This document shows, in pieces, positions 36,546 to 49,462 of a stretch of 50,439 nt of DNA (positions are counted from its first letter, which is position 1; every line of letters starts with the position of its first letter). The notes below the pieces were generated by a model. It was not told the DNA's origin, searched no databases, and worked only from the letters and a program-made list of their open reading frames with translations. A program made the translations under genes and the position numbers. The stretch spans positions 1-50,439 of the forward strand of contig MQRK01249570.1 in the NCBI GenBank assembly GCA_001938485.1, given 5' to 3'. The stretch comes from Girardia tigrina. Taxonomy: Eukaryota.

Positions 36546-39201
36546 AAGTATGTAATATGAATTGAAAAGTAATTTTATTTATGCATTAGTTTTTTTAATA
36601 ATTAAACAATAATTTATTACTGAATCTCGGATGATAGTTTTAAAAATGTTATAATTACATTTTAGTCTATTTTATTTATAAATATATATGATAACTTCTT
36701 AATAACAATAATTGTAAAATCGTGATAATTATAATTTTTTATAATTATTTAATATCTTGTTCAATAATGAATAGAGATATAAATAATATAATTATTTTAA
36801 ATTTTAAAAAATTTCTTTCTTAAAAACGTTTTACTTTAGAACAATTAAATATTAAATGGAAAATATTAAAATGAATAAAAATTTCAAAAATAATAAATAT
36901 ATTTTCATAAGTGTCTTTTATAGATTTTCTCTTTCGTATAACAGATTTTACTTCCGGTATCGTTTTTATATGTGTTCTTAATTGTATATTATTTAAATAA
37001 AGTATCCTAAATAATATTTATATTATTTTTTAAATTATATTATTTTTTTTAAAATTAAGTACGTATTTCAGTTACATATATTTAATTTATTTTTTATGCA
37101 CATTGCGATTGTAATGTTTCAGAAATTTGTTTTAAAAGCTTTTGTTGAGATTATTTCTAATTTTCCTTTAGAAAAAAACATATTCGTCTTTATTAGAGGT
37201 TTTTGGAAACTCGTCAGAATTATTAATATCAGACATTAAAACTTTTATTATACCACAAAAAAAATGTTTAAATCTAATATTTAAACAAATTTATTTTTTT
37301 GAGAAACTATTTATTTCATAAATCTTAAACCGATATAGATAAAAATACATATAAATATTCATATTTGCTTTTATTATTACTTCTATAATTACGATAACAC
37401 TTTAAAATATTTAATTGTTTCATTTAATTTTATTACTTTTTTAAAATCGCCTCACATAAAAATTATACACTTTTTTTACTTTTTATATTATANNNNNNNN
37501 NNNNNNNNNNNNNNNNNNNNNNNNNNNNNNNNNNNNNNNNNNNNNNNNNNNNNNNNNNNNNNNNNNNNNNNNNNNNNNNNNNNNNNNNNNNNNNNNNNNN
37601 NNNNNNNNNNNNNNNNNNNNNNNNNNNNNNNNNNNNNNNNNNNNNNNNNNNNNNNNNNNNNNNNNNNNNNNNNNTTTAATATAACTTTCTTTTTTCGAAT
37701 GTTACATATTTAATTATATAAAAATTTTAATTTGTACATATTTTATATAACTTTCTTTCAAAAATTTTCCTAACATTTTTAATTCCTAACAGTCTTAATA
37801 CTAATACTATCACAATATAAATTGAAAGTAATCATGATTATACATCTTTTTATCTTGTTAAAAAATAGATGATTAAAATAAAAAGAAATATTATAAAGTT
37901 CAATTAAAATTTAAATTCATACAGCATCAAAATTTCACTACAACAAGAACTATATTGATAACTTGAAGAAAGGGTTGTTTTACAGAGTTAGGGCTTTTTG
38001 CTCTTATGATAATAGTGCAGTTGATGAACTTTATATTCTCAGAAAAAGCTTCATTAAACGTATTTATCTGATTATGACAATTAAAGAAACCACGAAAGAG
38101 GTGCAGTGTCTTGATATTGTAAAATCAAACCACTTTCTAAATAATTTTGAAGATGTTAAAATGTCATTTATAAGATTATAGGTAATCTCTGAATCTCAGA
38201 CGGAATAATATCTATAGCCTCTAAAGCGAGAAACGTCTTTATAATGAAATCGAGATGAAAACCAATATTCTCAACGAATTGAAAAGTCACGGGTGTCAAA
38301 ACTCGCCCAGTGAATAAATAAACCGTCATCTCAAAACATTGATTAGTGAATATTCACAGTTTTGGGGGTTGAATAAACTCATTACCAATTCTCAAAATTT
38401 CAAAAATGAGTGTTTCATTTTCCAAAACGAATTCTAATTCTCATTATGAGGGGTTGTATTCGGAATAAAATTCTTATCACAATGTTGTTAATTTTGATTA
38501 ACACTAATTAATATAATATAATAAGGATAATAATAATTATTTTTTAAATTATTATTATAATATTATTATGTTTACATCTAAAGGATATTAATTTAATATT
38601 GTGTCACTTAATATTAACATATGATTTATTAATTATTAATAAATTTTTATTTTTATTTTTTGTCTTTTTGATGTGAAAGTAAATAAAATTTTTAAAAATA
38701 ACTGAAATTACTCAATTCTACATAAATAAGTATATAATTTATGTTTTAAGGTTTTTTCTAGGCACCGAAGTTTGTATTTTTTGCCAAATCACGAGGAACC
38801 CAAATACTGGTTGAATTAACTTTTTTCATTGATTTTAAGCATCGGAGAACAACATTACGTTTTTGGTCAAACTCTTTGGTAATTTCATCCAATTTTTGTT
38901 TGAGAGATTCTTTAACTATAACTCAAAGAGCGGTGGACATCCAAATCTGTGGGTATTTTTCAAATTATAAATGTCAGATCGTTGCACTATACGCTCATTT
39001 ACAGGGTCAGTTTTTCATTGATGTTTTTAAATGTAATACTGTCTTTCTTTTGCGGTTTATATCTAAAAACTTGATTGCCATTTTTATTTAGTTAAAATAC
39101 ATTATAATTGTTTGGTGGAATAAACTAAATTACTTTTTAAAATGTGCGCGTTTGAAATTGTATATGAATTTGTATTATGTACTTAAAAAAATAAAAATAT
39201 A

Positions 39202-39241
<40 letters not shown>

Positions 39242-39245
<4 letters not shown>

Positions 39246-39829
39246 CGTGGCCATAATTCACCAGCCACCCTTAAAAATACTGATATTTTTGACTAACTGC
39301 TATTGTAACGAATAACTGATATAACGACGAATGATTTGTGCGCTAGGTAATTTATCAATGTTAGCTGAAAGATCAGCTTGTATTGCGCGGGAACCAGCAA
39401 ATGGATTGGTCTTGCAGGATCTCAAAATGACTCAATCTGTCACCTTGCTTGTGATATACGGCCTTCCACTGCGTTTCGTAAAGGCTAAGACGCCAGTGGC
39501 TTGATGAAAACGGAGATTGTCGGCTACTGCAGCTCGGCTAATATTGAATCACAGGGCAATTGCACGGTTCGAGACTCAAGTGTTGTGTAAAGCGACGATT
39601 TGTACCCTCAGATTGGGTAAAAGTTGGTTGCCAGTCATGTCGGAATAGTCAAAAATACTTGACACAAATACTTTTATATATCATAATAGCATATTGCGTA
39701 TGATACTAAAGCTGTATTCTTATTGGATGTTGGTTAAAAATATCATTTACATGCACTTACATACACCTGCACGTAGATATTTATTTTCTTTAAAATGCAA
39801 GAGTGACTGGTGACTTATGACCACGACTG
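39242..39829 (-). mobile_element. Internally deleted Tc1-like element in a (TA)n tract
   Basis: ~31-bp TIRs CAGTCGTGGTCATAAGTCACCAGTCACTCTT; N-terminal transposase remnant from 39638: MTGNQLLPNLRVQIVALHNT*VSNRAIA...KRSGRPYIT...KTNPF. Confidence 0.85.
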
Positions 39830-41344
39830 TATATATATATATATATATATATTGAAAAACGACATTATTTTATCAACAACCTAATATTAGTACTCGATTA
39901 TTAGCAATCTTTTAGAAGTTTTTACATTTGACGTTGATAAAAGTTTTAATCTATTGAGCAGATGTGATCTTTATTAATAAAAATAATACACTGTTTCTCA
40001 TATATTTGTAAAAATAAAAGAAATCCTTATTGTAAGAATATAAGACGCATAACACGTACAATCTATCATTATTAATATCAAAATTGTATATGTTTATTTA
40101 TATGTCTTCAAGGTAATTCATTAAAAAAAGAAGAATATCAACCCCAAGAAAGGGAGAAATAGAACAGAATAATAATGGAAGAAGCAAAAGGTATTCATAA
40201 ACTGAAAGAAACATATGCTTACAATACCAAAACAATGTTACGACATTTGTAAACATTTACTTTAATAATGTCTAAAAGATAACAAAAATAATATTCAAAA
40301 AAATTAATAAAAAAGAATGATTCCTTTTTTAAAGGAATTTCTAAAATTAATAAAATGTTTCTAATTAATAGAATTATTGTATTTATTAATTATTTATTAA
40401 AATTCATTCACTTTATTGCTTAGAGCCAAAATGACAAAACTCAAGAAATTTGAGTAAATATGCTCAAGTTTTATGCAACTTCTTTTAAGCTTTTATTAAA
40501 TAAAATATTTTTATGATAAACTTTACAAATTTATAAATGTGTATAATTAAGAAAAAAAATTAGAATAAAATAAATGAACATTAATAAATATTTCGATTAT
40601 TAATTAATATCTAATTATTAAATAAAATCTCGTTTTTATCCATAATAAAAGTAAAAATTTTCGTACCAGAAGAAAATTAAGAGCGAAATACTGATTCATA
40701 AATCAATTAATCCAGATTAAAAAGAAAGAAAAAAGGATAACAACAATCTGGAAGAAACACATAAGCTATTCTTATCCCTAAATATCCCAAATAATATATC
40801 AAATTTAGGAAACCCTAACTGAAGTGAAGATTGTAGAAACAGTAATCGCATTATTCAGTCAACATGCGGAAAGAATAATCCGAGAGACTTTATCAATAAC
40901 TACAATTAGATTATTGGTATTTGTTATTCTTCTCTGTTTCTACGCTTGTTATCTAACAAAAATATTTCTTTTTTCTGTTCTTTGTTTGAGACTATTAGCT
41001 TGACAATTAAATTTGGTAAACCTGCCAAACGTAGCCACCGCTTATCATAGCCAAAATAACCCGAAACAGAATATATTGATTGCAATACATAATAAACATC
41101 GACTTTTAACATGGCCAAATGAAAATAAAAACTAATTTAGTCAAACTAATTCTATTAGGTGTACAAATATGAAAGTTCGTTTCACTTTGTCTAATATTAT
41201 TCCATTAATAAACTTTTTTCTATGACATTTGTTTGTATCTATAATGTGGAGTGTTTTCAGCGATATCTAACACTTTTTGAATTTTAAAAAAATTATTTTA
41301 TAGTATTTATGATATTATTATTATATTATGATATCATTAGTGTA

Positions 41345-42043
41345 ATGATGAAGACACAAAGACAAAAGTGTTGACAAGTGAGCAATTTAGCGACTGGTTT
41401 AAACCATCAGTAGGAGTAAGACAAAGTTGTATTCTTTAACCAACACTGTTCAATCTTTTTGAATGGGGGAAGCGAAGAAGAAATCAGAAGCCGGATTGGT
41501 ATATCAACATGCCCATTGATTACACTTAGCATAGTTTTTAACCTCAAAGAAATCCATCTCAAGAGCAGATTAAAGATCACTAAGGCTATTGTCTGAGCAA
41601 TACTCCTCTATGGATGCGAGAGTTGGACAATAAATCAGAAGAGTATGGATAGACTTAAAGCGCTTGAAATGAAGTGCTACAGGAGAATACTGAAGATCAC
41701 GTGAAAAGAAAAGAAGATAAATGACTTTGTTTGGAGGAGAGTGACAGAAATATTGGGTAAAAGACCAGAATCAATAGAAGAGATCATCAAGAGAAGGAAG
41801 CCGAAATTCTACGGTCATCAAATAAGAAAACAAGCACTAGCAAAGGTTATGATTGAGGGAAGAGTGGAAGGAGAAAGACCAAGAGGAAGACCAAAGAGAT
41901 AATGGATAGACGATTTAAAAGAATGGACTGGACTGAGTATGGAATGTCTGAGAAAAGAAGCTACAAATAGAAAGATGTGACGAAGGCTTGTTTATAATTG
42001 GGTGCACCCACGGCCCAACGGCTAAGGTCAAAAGAAGAAAGAA
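41345..42043 (+). mobile_element. 5'-truncated, internally deleted RTE-clade LINE 3' end
   Basis: GVRQSCIL*PTLFNLF, LLYGCESWT, ALEMKCYRRILKI, KFYGH, GRVEGERPRGRPKR*WIDD; short AAG-repeat tail. Confidence 0.92.
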
Positions 42044-42830
42044 GTGTTTTGTGATATATTTATACATTTAAGACTTAATGTAGAAACATATTATACATAA
42101 AATGTTTGTTAAGATTTGTTGTTTTGTTTTATAATATTAACCTTTTAATATATTTTCATAACCAATATTATTTTTGATTCTGTTGATATTTTTATTATTT
42201 TTCTGATTTAAAATTTTATATTGTATAATATTTATAAATTTTATAAATGTTAATTTTTTAATAAAAAAAGAAATTAATATAAAACAAATATAAATCGTAA
42301 TAAAAATTTAATTTTATTTAAATCAATCAAAAGAAAATGTTATTAATTTGATATTGGTGGAATTTTATTTATAAAAATTGGTATTATTTTTTCTTCGTCA
42401 AAGCATTTGCTTTTATTTGATTTACATTTCTTAAAATATTAACATGAATTTATTATGAATATTTTCAAGTTTATTTAATAATTTCAATAAATATTCGTCA
42501 TCATTATTCGGTAACATCAAAATTTGGAAGTAGGACTACATAGAAAACAGGGTGCAGCCGAAAGACTCCCAAAGTGTAATACTTGACAATACTTGCCCAC
42601 CATATTTGCAGATTGTAATATCTTTTTTTAATTAGATCTTTTTTATATTTAGAGTTTAATAAATTAAGTGGTGCCAATAATATAAGTTAAGGAAGTAAAA
42701 ATAAAAATTTAAATGAAATAATTAAATTCTTGTTTTATAAATTTTTTTTAAGAAAACTGATTTTTATATTTCCCTATGAATTGTAATAGAATAATTAAGA
42801 ATCAAATGATAAAATTAGTCTGAAAGTCTA

Positions 42831-42867
<37 letters not shown>

Positions 42868-43180
42868 GGTTGGTTCACGACATAATGAAAATTTTTAACT
42901 TCTTTCTCTCCACAAGTCTAAATTTGTTTCATGCCATGCAAGTAACATACAGAGCAAATATGAAACTCACTGAAGAATGTTTAGAGGTCATTCAAGATTC
43001 TCAAAATTTTTAATAGTCTTTTTTCCAGCCCATAAATGTGCAAAGCCAGCTGAAAGTAACTATTGCTTAAATGATATTAGCAAGAGATTAAATGAAATGA
43101 CTAATGGTGATCATTGATAACCAAAGTAAACAATATGTGTTCCAGTTTTTCATCTGATGAGACATTAAATTTAAATTAAG

Positions 43181-43683
43181 TGTGAGGAATATTTTAAATT
43201 GTTTAAATGTGTAAATGTATGGATGCTGTATGTTGATTTAAGAATGTTGAATTTAGAATGGTGATTCTCCCACCGTGATGGAAATTGGTATTTTTTTTAT
43301 TTAAATTTAAAGTGATTGACTATTCGAACATAATTAAAATAATCATTTTATAAGTTCATATCTTTAATTTCAGAATTAAAATTAAGTTTAATAGTTTTTA
43401 GCAAAATTTAAATTAAATGCATTTTTAATAATTTGATGTCATTTTTATTATTTTGGGATTTATTGAAAAATGGTAAAAATTAATATTTTTAATTTATATT
43501 TTCATAGGTTAAATATTTTAAAAAATAATTTAGAAAAATTGTTTGAATAATCATGATTAAACATAGAAATAAGAAAACCAATTAGAACGATGACAAACGA
43601 TGAAAGACTTTCTGAGAGTCTTAATGACTCTAAATGTAATTGCAATAAAGATTTAAACGAGACTTGTTTAAATGTTCTTAATA
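43181..43683 (+). mobile_element. Solo-LTR-like element, family C copy 3 (503 bp)
   Basis: TGTGAGGAAT...GTTCTTAATA; TSD TTAAG (43176-80 / 43684-88). Confidence 0.85.
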
Positions 43684-46600
43684 TTAAGAATTAAAGAATT
43701 TAAAGTTGGATTTTAAATTTATATGTTACTACATGCGTAAATTATGTTATATTGTTTTTATTACACAGAATGGTTGAAACTCTACCCAGTGCAGAAGTTT
43801 GGTTGATTGAAAGTGGTACAGATCATGTACCAGGGTCCCAATATACCGACAAACGAAGATGTGATCATACTAATGATCTTTGGGATAGAGCACGAATTCA
43901 ACACCAGAGAATCGATTCAGCAGTTTGCATAATGGTGAATCTTCATGATGAACATGCCCAAAACAGAGTTAATCAAAAATAATTTCTAAGCCTGAAATAA
44001 TTACTGAAATAACTTTTTGATGTAGCCTCAAGTGATACAGTAACAATAGTGAGAAATGAAAAAGACACCACATTAGCACTTCTTTTTCGGTATAGCATCC
44101 CCTTTCATTACCTAAGACGCAGCAATTTATCAATTTATTTTTTGCACCACATCCTAGAAGTCAGCAGCGTAAGCAACCACTGTTACATTAGTTTGAATAT
44201 TTAACACAGTCTGCTTGCCCATTAGAGTAGTCACATACATTGTTGCATCAGTCATAAAGACTCTTGACAATGATGTCAATACTATGCCGTTATCATGAAG
44301 CTTCATCAGACGTTCTTGGTATCCAAAGCGAGAATAACAGGCAGTGTTTACGAAACCGATCCACGAGAGATATGTACATGATATCTTTCTGATTTTCAGA
44401 AATCAATCCCTCAAAAATGCATGAATTCTCTTTATCTTAATTTTAAATCAGCTACAGTATTTGATGTAAATAAGAAAACTCCATTGATTGAGCATTATTT
44501 TGTGCCAACCTAATTAGTACATTTTAAACCATGTTGCATTAAACGTTAAATATTTTTTAGCAAATGTTTCTTTTATTTTTTAAGTAATCTTGTAAACTAT
44601 TTTGTAAAAAGGGGTTTTAACAACAGATATTTGATAAATATATAATATTCCGAGTGTTTTAGTGTCACTTCTCCTTTCATGCAACAAAAAGCCTCAGTAA
44701 CTGCTAGTTAACATTTTAACATAACCAAATTTCGTTTCTTCAATACTTGTTAATTAAATATTAAAGTCAATTATGCCTTATTTATGACAGGTTCTCGTTA
44801 CCTGAAGTCTGTACAAACCTGTAGGGGATCCCTATAAAATCAAAAGTTCACATGAGGTCTGCCTAGTTAGTAGTCGCGGTCTAAAATTGATGTACTATTT
44901 CAAACCGGTACTGCACTTTTCTCGGTATTTGAAACATTATCTTTCTATAATCTAAACTTTTTATCCTTGTGGCTATGTTTAACACTGATACATTCAGGTA
45001 GAGTCACACTTATTTTATCAGTCAATCTTTTTTCATACTGTCGTAGTATTTTGTTAAGAAGAAAATTTTTAACATAAAGTCTTCATGTAACGAGAATTTT
45101 GAAAGTTATCCTGTATATTTTATTTTCATTTAATATGAATTTGGGGCCCACAGAATTTAATGTTCAACTTATTATGTTGTTTTATGTAGTTATTAAAATT
45201 TATTTCATATGTGGATTCAGGACATTTAAAAAAGATTAAGTAAAAAGTCATTCAAAGACGCACTACAACCACATGTACTCAGATTTAATAGCTCAAACTT
45301 TCTACGAGTAGTTATTTGATTTTCATTTCACTAATCGAGATTGAAATAATTTAAAACTCAAAATGGATTTACAAAATATTATAGCTAGAAAAAAATTACT
45401 ATTTAAGATTAAAGTAAATAATTTTTTAATTGATTTAAATTTAATATTTTAAAACAATTTAAAACGTTTTAAAATTAATTTGGAGCTTAAATATATATTA
45501 TTTATAATTTGTGAAAATAATTGAAATTTCAATTAAATATTTTTTAATAATTTGTAATGATTTAAAATTTAATTTTGAGTGGAATTAAATATTTAAAATG
45601 TTAATTTTGTTTAAGAATAAATAGAATATTATTTAAATCAGAGAAATGATTTTTAATTAAAATAGTCGAAACTTTTCATGTAATAGTGTTTTATTATTAT
45701 ACTAAATTACTTCAACTTTTCATATAACTAACAAGTTTATACACACATATATACACATATACATAAAAAGACTTCTCTGAGCAACTGTAAGCTCTGAATA
45801 ATATCGAACAATCATGCAACAAGCAGTATTTGAAAAAAGTACAAAAATCAATTCTTGATTATTTTCACCGCTTGTGATCGTATTAACATGTTATGCACAT
45901 TGCTTTAGACATTATGGTTTAATAATGTTTGATGCTATACCGAAATTTTGTTTTGGCAAGTGCCACTTCGATATATGGGGAGTCCACTGTATATATATAT
46001 ATATATGTGTGTGTGTATGTGTGTGTGTGTGTTAAAGCAATTTTTAAAAAAATCAACGTTAGAAATGTTTCGATCATAATCTTTGATCATCTTCAGCAAC
46101 TTTATTTGCATTTTAAAGTATTTTGTTTTATTATTATTTGTCTTTTTTAATAATCTATTTTATTTGAAAATAAAAAATTCGTGTTTTGAAATTCTATCTT
46201 TGCAACATTTGCAGGGATCAAGAACCTTACTTACTGCAATGTTCGTCTCTAATGTTCAAGTTATTACATCCATGGCGATTAGATTTGTACACAAGATTAG
46301 GTTACCCCTAAGGTAATTTCTAACTTTGCATGTTACGGACACTATTTTAACATTATCGATATTTTTTAAAATGTTATTCGTAAATCTTCTAAAACCTTCT
46401 CAATAAGGAATTTTTATAATTTTAACTTGTTCCCCTTCATCCTCCTTGATTTTTTTTATCTTGAACTCTATCAAACATCAATTTATTCTTGCTTTCTATT
46501 TGTTTTTGTCTGGTACATATTAAGATGCAAACTTTTTTTAGAAATTCAAGTCCAAATTCTATGAATTAAACTTTTGATCATACTATCTTTCTCTCTTCAC

Positions 46601-46775
46601 AGTAATTTTTGATGTTGTGTAAAGTAATGTATCTGTTACCTTTCTGTCCCAATCTGCTTCATATTCATCAGTCATTCTTTTAACAAGAATATTCAAAATG
46701 AAAGAATAAATAAATAAAAATACTTTAAAATACTTTTTTCTTAAAATTTCAAATTATTGTTCACTAGACAAAATA

Positions 46776-46894
46776 TATATGTATACACTAACAAAATTAT
46801 ATTTACCATATTATTTATATGACTCAAACAAACGCTATATGTATAACTAACAAAATTATATTTACCATATTATTTATATGACTCAAACAAACGC
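46776..46894. repeat. Tandem duplication of 60/59 bp
   Basis: TATATGTATA(C)ACTAAC...CAAACAAACGC occurs twice, differing by one base. Confidence 0.95.
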
Positions 46895-46953
46895 TTTTAC
46901 TTTAAGATTTACTATCCATTAATAAAAACCATTAAAAATCAAATAAAACTCAC

Positions 46954-48151
46954 TTTCTTAAATTTTGAAACGGATAAAAATTTAAAGATTTCGTTTCGTA
47001 GATTTCAAGAAAATTAAAGAATTCCATCAAGGAAATTTGAACAAATGTTTTATTCGTATTTTCCGTTGGAAAATTCCCATTATTTTGCTGTTGGGAAATA
47101 TTATGAACCTTTTGAATGAAACTGAAATATTGTAAATAGTAATATTGTTTGATCAACTGTTGATACTGTCCATATTGGTCGAAAAATCGACTTTTAATAT
47201 TAAATTTTAATTTATCGGATATTTTATCAATTCGATCTTCAAATTGGAAAATGGAACTTGTGGAAAAATCGATGGATTGATTGATGACGGATTTGGAGTG
47301 AAGGTTGTACCACTGCTGGATGGAATTGTTGAGGGAGGAAAGGATTTCCTTTTCCAATTTTTTAATCTTTAGATAATCTTGATTTTCACAAACCTTTTTC
47401 ATATTAGTTGAATATTGAAATTGTCTTCGAAGTTCGGTGATTGAGATTTGGTTAGTTTGTTTCGATTCTTGGTTGATCCAGTTGAAGATCTTTTGTTGAT
47501 TTCCATAAAACTCATTGGAATACGAATCGATTCCGAGAAGTAAAGATAAACTTACACTCAACGTGAAAAGAAATGTATAGAAAACACGAAAAGCAACATA
47601 AAGTAACATAAAAACCTTTCTATTACAAGATATATTTGCATAGGTCGGTTTGTTTTGTTTGATTTTCGGTCGGATTTTATCCCAGATTTTTTCGGGATTT
47701 TTCAATTTTTTCCAAATAGAAATTAAAATATAAAAGAATATTAATAGCAAATAAATCAAACTAATACACAATGTAAGAGATGTAATTTTATTGGAAATAT
47801 TGAAAAAAACCATGTTAGATTTTGGATTGTTGAAAAGGGTTTGATTGGGAAAGGAGTTGGGAAGTTTGATTTTTGTAAAATAATATAATTTATATGAATA
47901 TTTTCTGAAACAATCACGAATTTCCAATTGAAATCCAAAGTTTTTCGAGTCAAAATTGGAAAAATAGTTCTTTTCAAAATGGAAATTATTTATAAATTGA
48001 AATGGTTTTTCTTGGAAATTTTCATTGAATAAAAACTGATTCGTGTCGTAAAATGATTTATGAATTATTTGATCCCGATCAAATAAAACTGATTGGCCAG
48101 AAATATCAATTATTTTAACATTGATAAATGTAGGAATGTCCGTAACGGTAC
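46954..48151 (-). CDS. Internal exon of uncharacterised multi-pass membrane protein (phase 1 in, phase 2 out)
   Basis: Acceptor tttctag|G at 48151; frame open from (G)TVTDIPTFINVK through the 325-aa ORF; donor AA|GTGAGT at 46954; two hydrophobic segments (ITSLTLCISLIYLLLIFFYILISIW; VFMLLYVAFRVFYTFLFTLSVSLSLLLGI). Confidence 0.85.
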
Positions 48152-48940
48152 CTAGAAATAATTAAAAAAATCAAGAAAATTAATTTGTCATTTTTTTTCA
48201 AAAAAAAATTATAAAATAAAATATTTTTTTCTAATTATTTTCTAATTTTTTTGCAATTTTTTTAATTTATTAAAATATATTTTTTTGGTAATTTAAATAT
48301 TAAAAAAAATTTATTTGCCTATTTTTCTTTTTTTTTACAAAAGAAAATAATAATTTATTTATAAATTTCGAGTTAATTTTGATATTTTTATGCTGTATTT
48401 GGTAAAAGAAAAATTTACTTATCAAAATGTTCGTGATAAATTTTTTGAAAAAAATCATTTTTTAAAATAAATTACATATTTTTCAATAATTTTAATTAAA
48501 AATTACTAATGAACTAAGTTACTGATATTTAGTTTAAATTATTCATTATTTTAAAAAATAAAATAATCAACAAATTTTATTAAAATTAAATTTGATAAGC
48601 CAATTAAAATTTTTGTATTGTTTTTTAATTTCTACGCTTTAAACATCATTTTTAGAAAAACTATTTTTTTATAAAAGAAAGAAGCTTATAAATTGTATTT
48701 AATTAAAATGCAGTGTATGTCATCAATAAGTCATTTAAAAACTCTCAATAAATTTGTCTAGAATACATTTTGTAGCACTTATAAAAGATGTTTAGAACTT
48801 GGGCAAGTTCTGACTATATCTTATTCAGAAGGATTCAAAATATTTGAAAAAAGCAATTAAAAAAGAAGTAGATTATTTCATAAATTAAAAAATAATCACT
48901 CGTACCCACAAAATTGAAGGTATGCTTAGAAATATAAAAA

Positions 48941-49215
48941 GTGGCCGAAGTTTGCTTTGTTGGAGTGCTAACCAGCATAGTAAGGAGGACAAGAGCTCAC
49001 TATCCACCTCCGTAAAAGGCATGCTTCTTTGAGCGGGATTATGGAAACACTTTACGGCAGGCCCTTAATCAGTTGAGGGTAGGTGAGTTTGCTTACACGA
49101 TGATAGAACCGACTCAACTCCTGATAAGTTCTATCAGCTATTATCATGTGTAATTGCCACACGAGCAATCGTGTGCTGCCCCTGGGGGAAGAGGCCTACA
49201 TTGTACAGACGTCGC
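48941..49215 (+). other. GC-richer, highly base-paired ~270-nt segment (structured RNA or retroelement UTR)
   Basis: Five or more helices, including CACACGA-GCAA-TCGTGTG; see findings. Confidence 0.45.
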
Positions 49216-49462
49216 GTCATTTCTGTAAGAGATTATAGGAAAACAATCGTAATGAAAGTGGAATTGGCAAACAAACATTGTAAAGATGACATAAATAACC
49301 AAAACTTTAAAATTCTGTGCACTCAATTTTATAATTAATGTGGCAAAGTGACATGTGAAGGGTAAAAATATGAAATCTTTGGATCCTAAAATTAACGTAC
49401 AAAATGTACTTTCGTCAACTTTGAGAGTTTTTAAGTGATTTATTTATGACACATATATATAA

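Noticed and set aside
6726-46316. Many 60-90 aa F/I/L/K/N-rich ORFs (e.g. 6726, 16478, 21255, 29732, 34515, 45929)
   Set aside because: Low-complexity chance ORFs in AT-rich DNA, many with non-ATG starts and no splice or domain support.
49145-49205. HDV-like ribozyme on the - strand (hairpin followed by GCAA and a P2-like pairing)
   Set aside because: There is no room for P1' and P1.1 between the putative P3 and P4.
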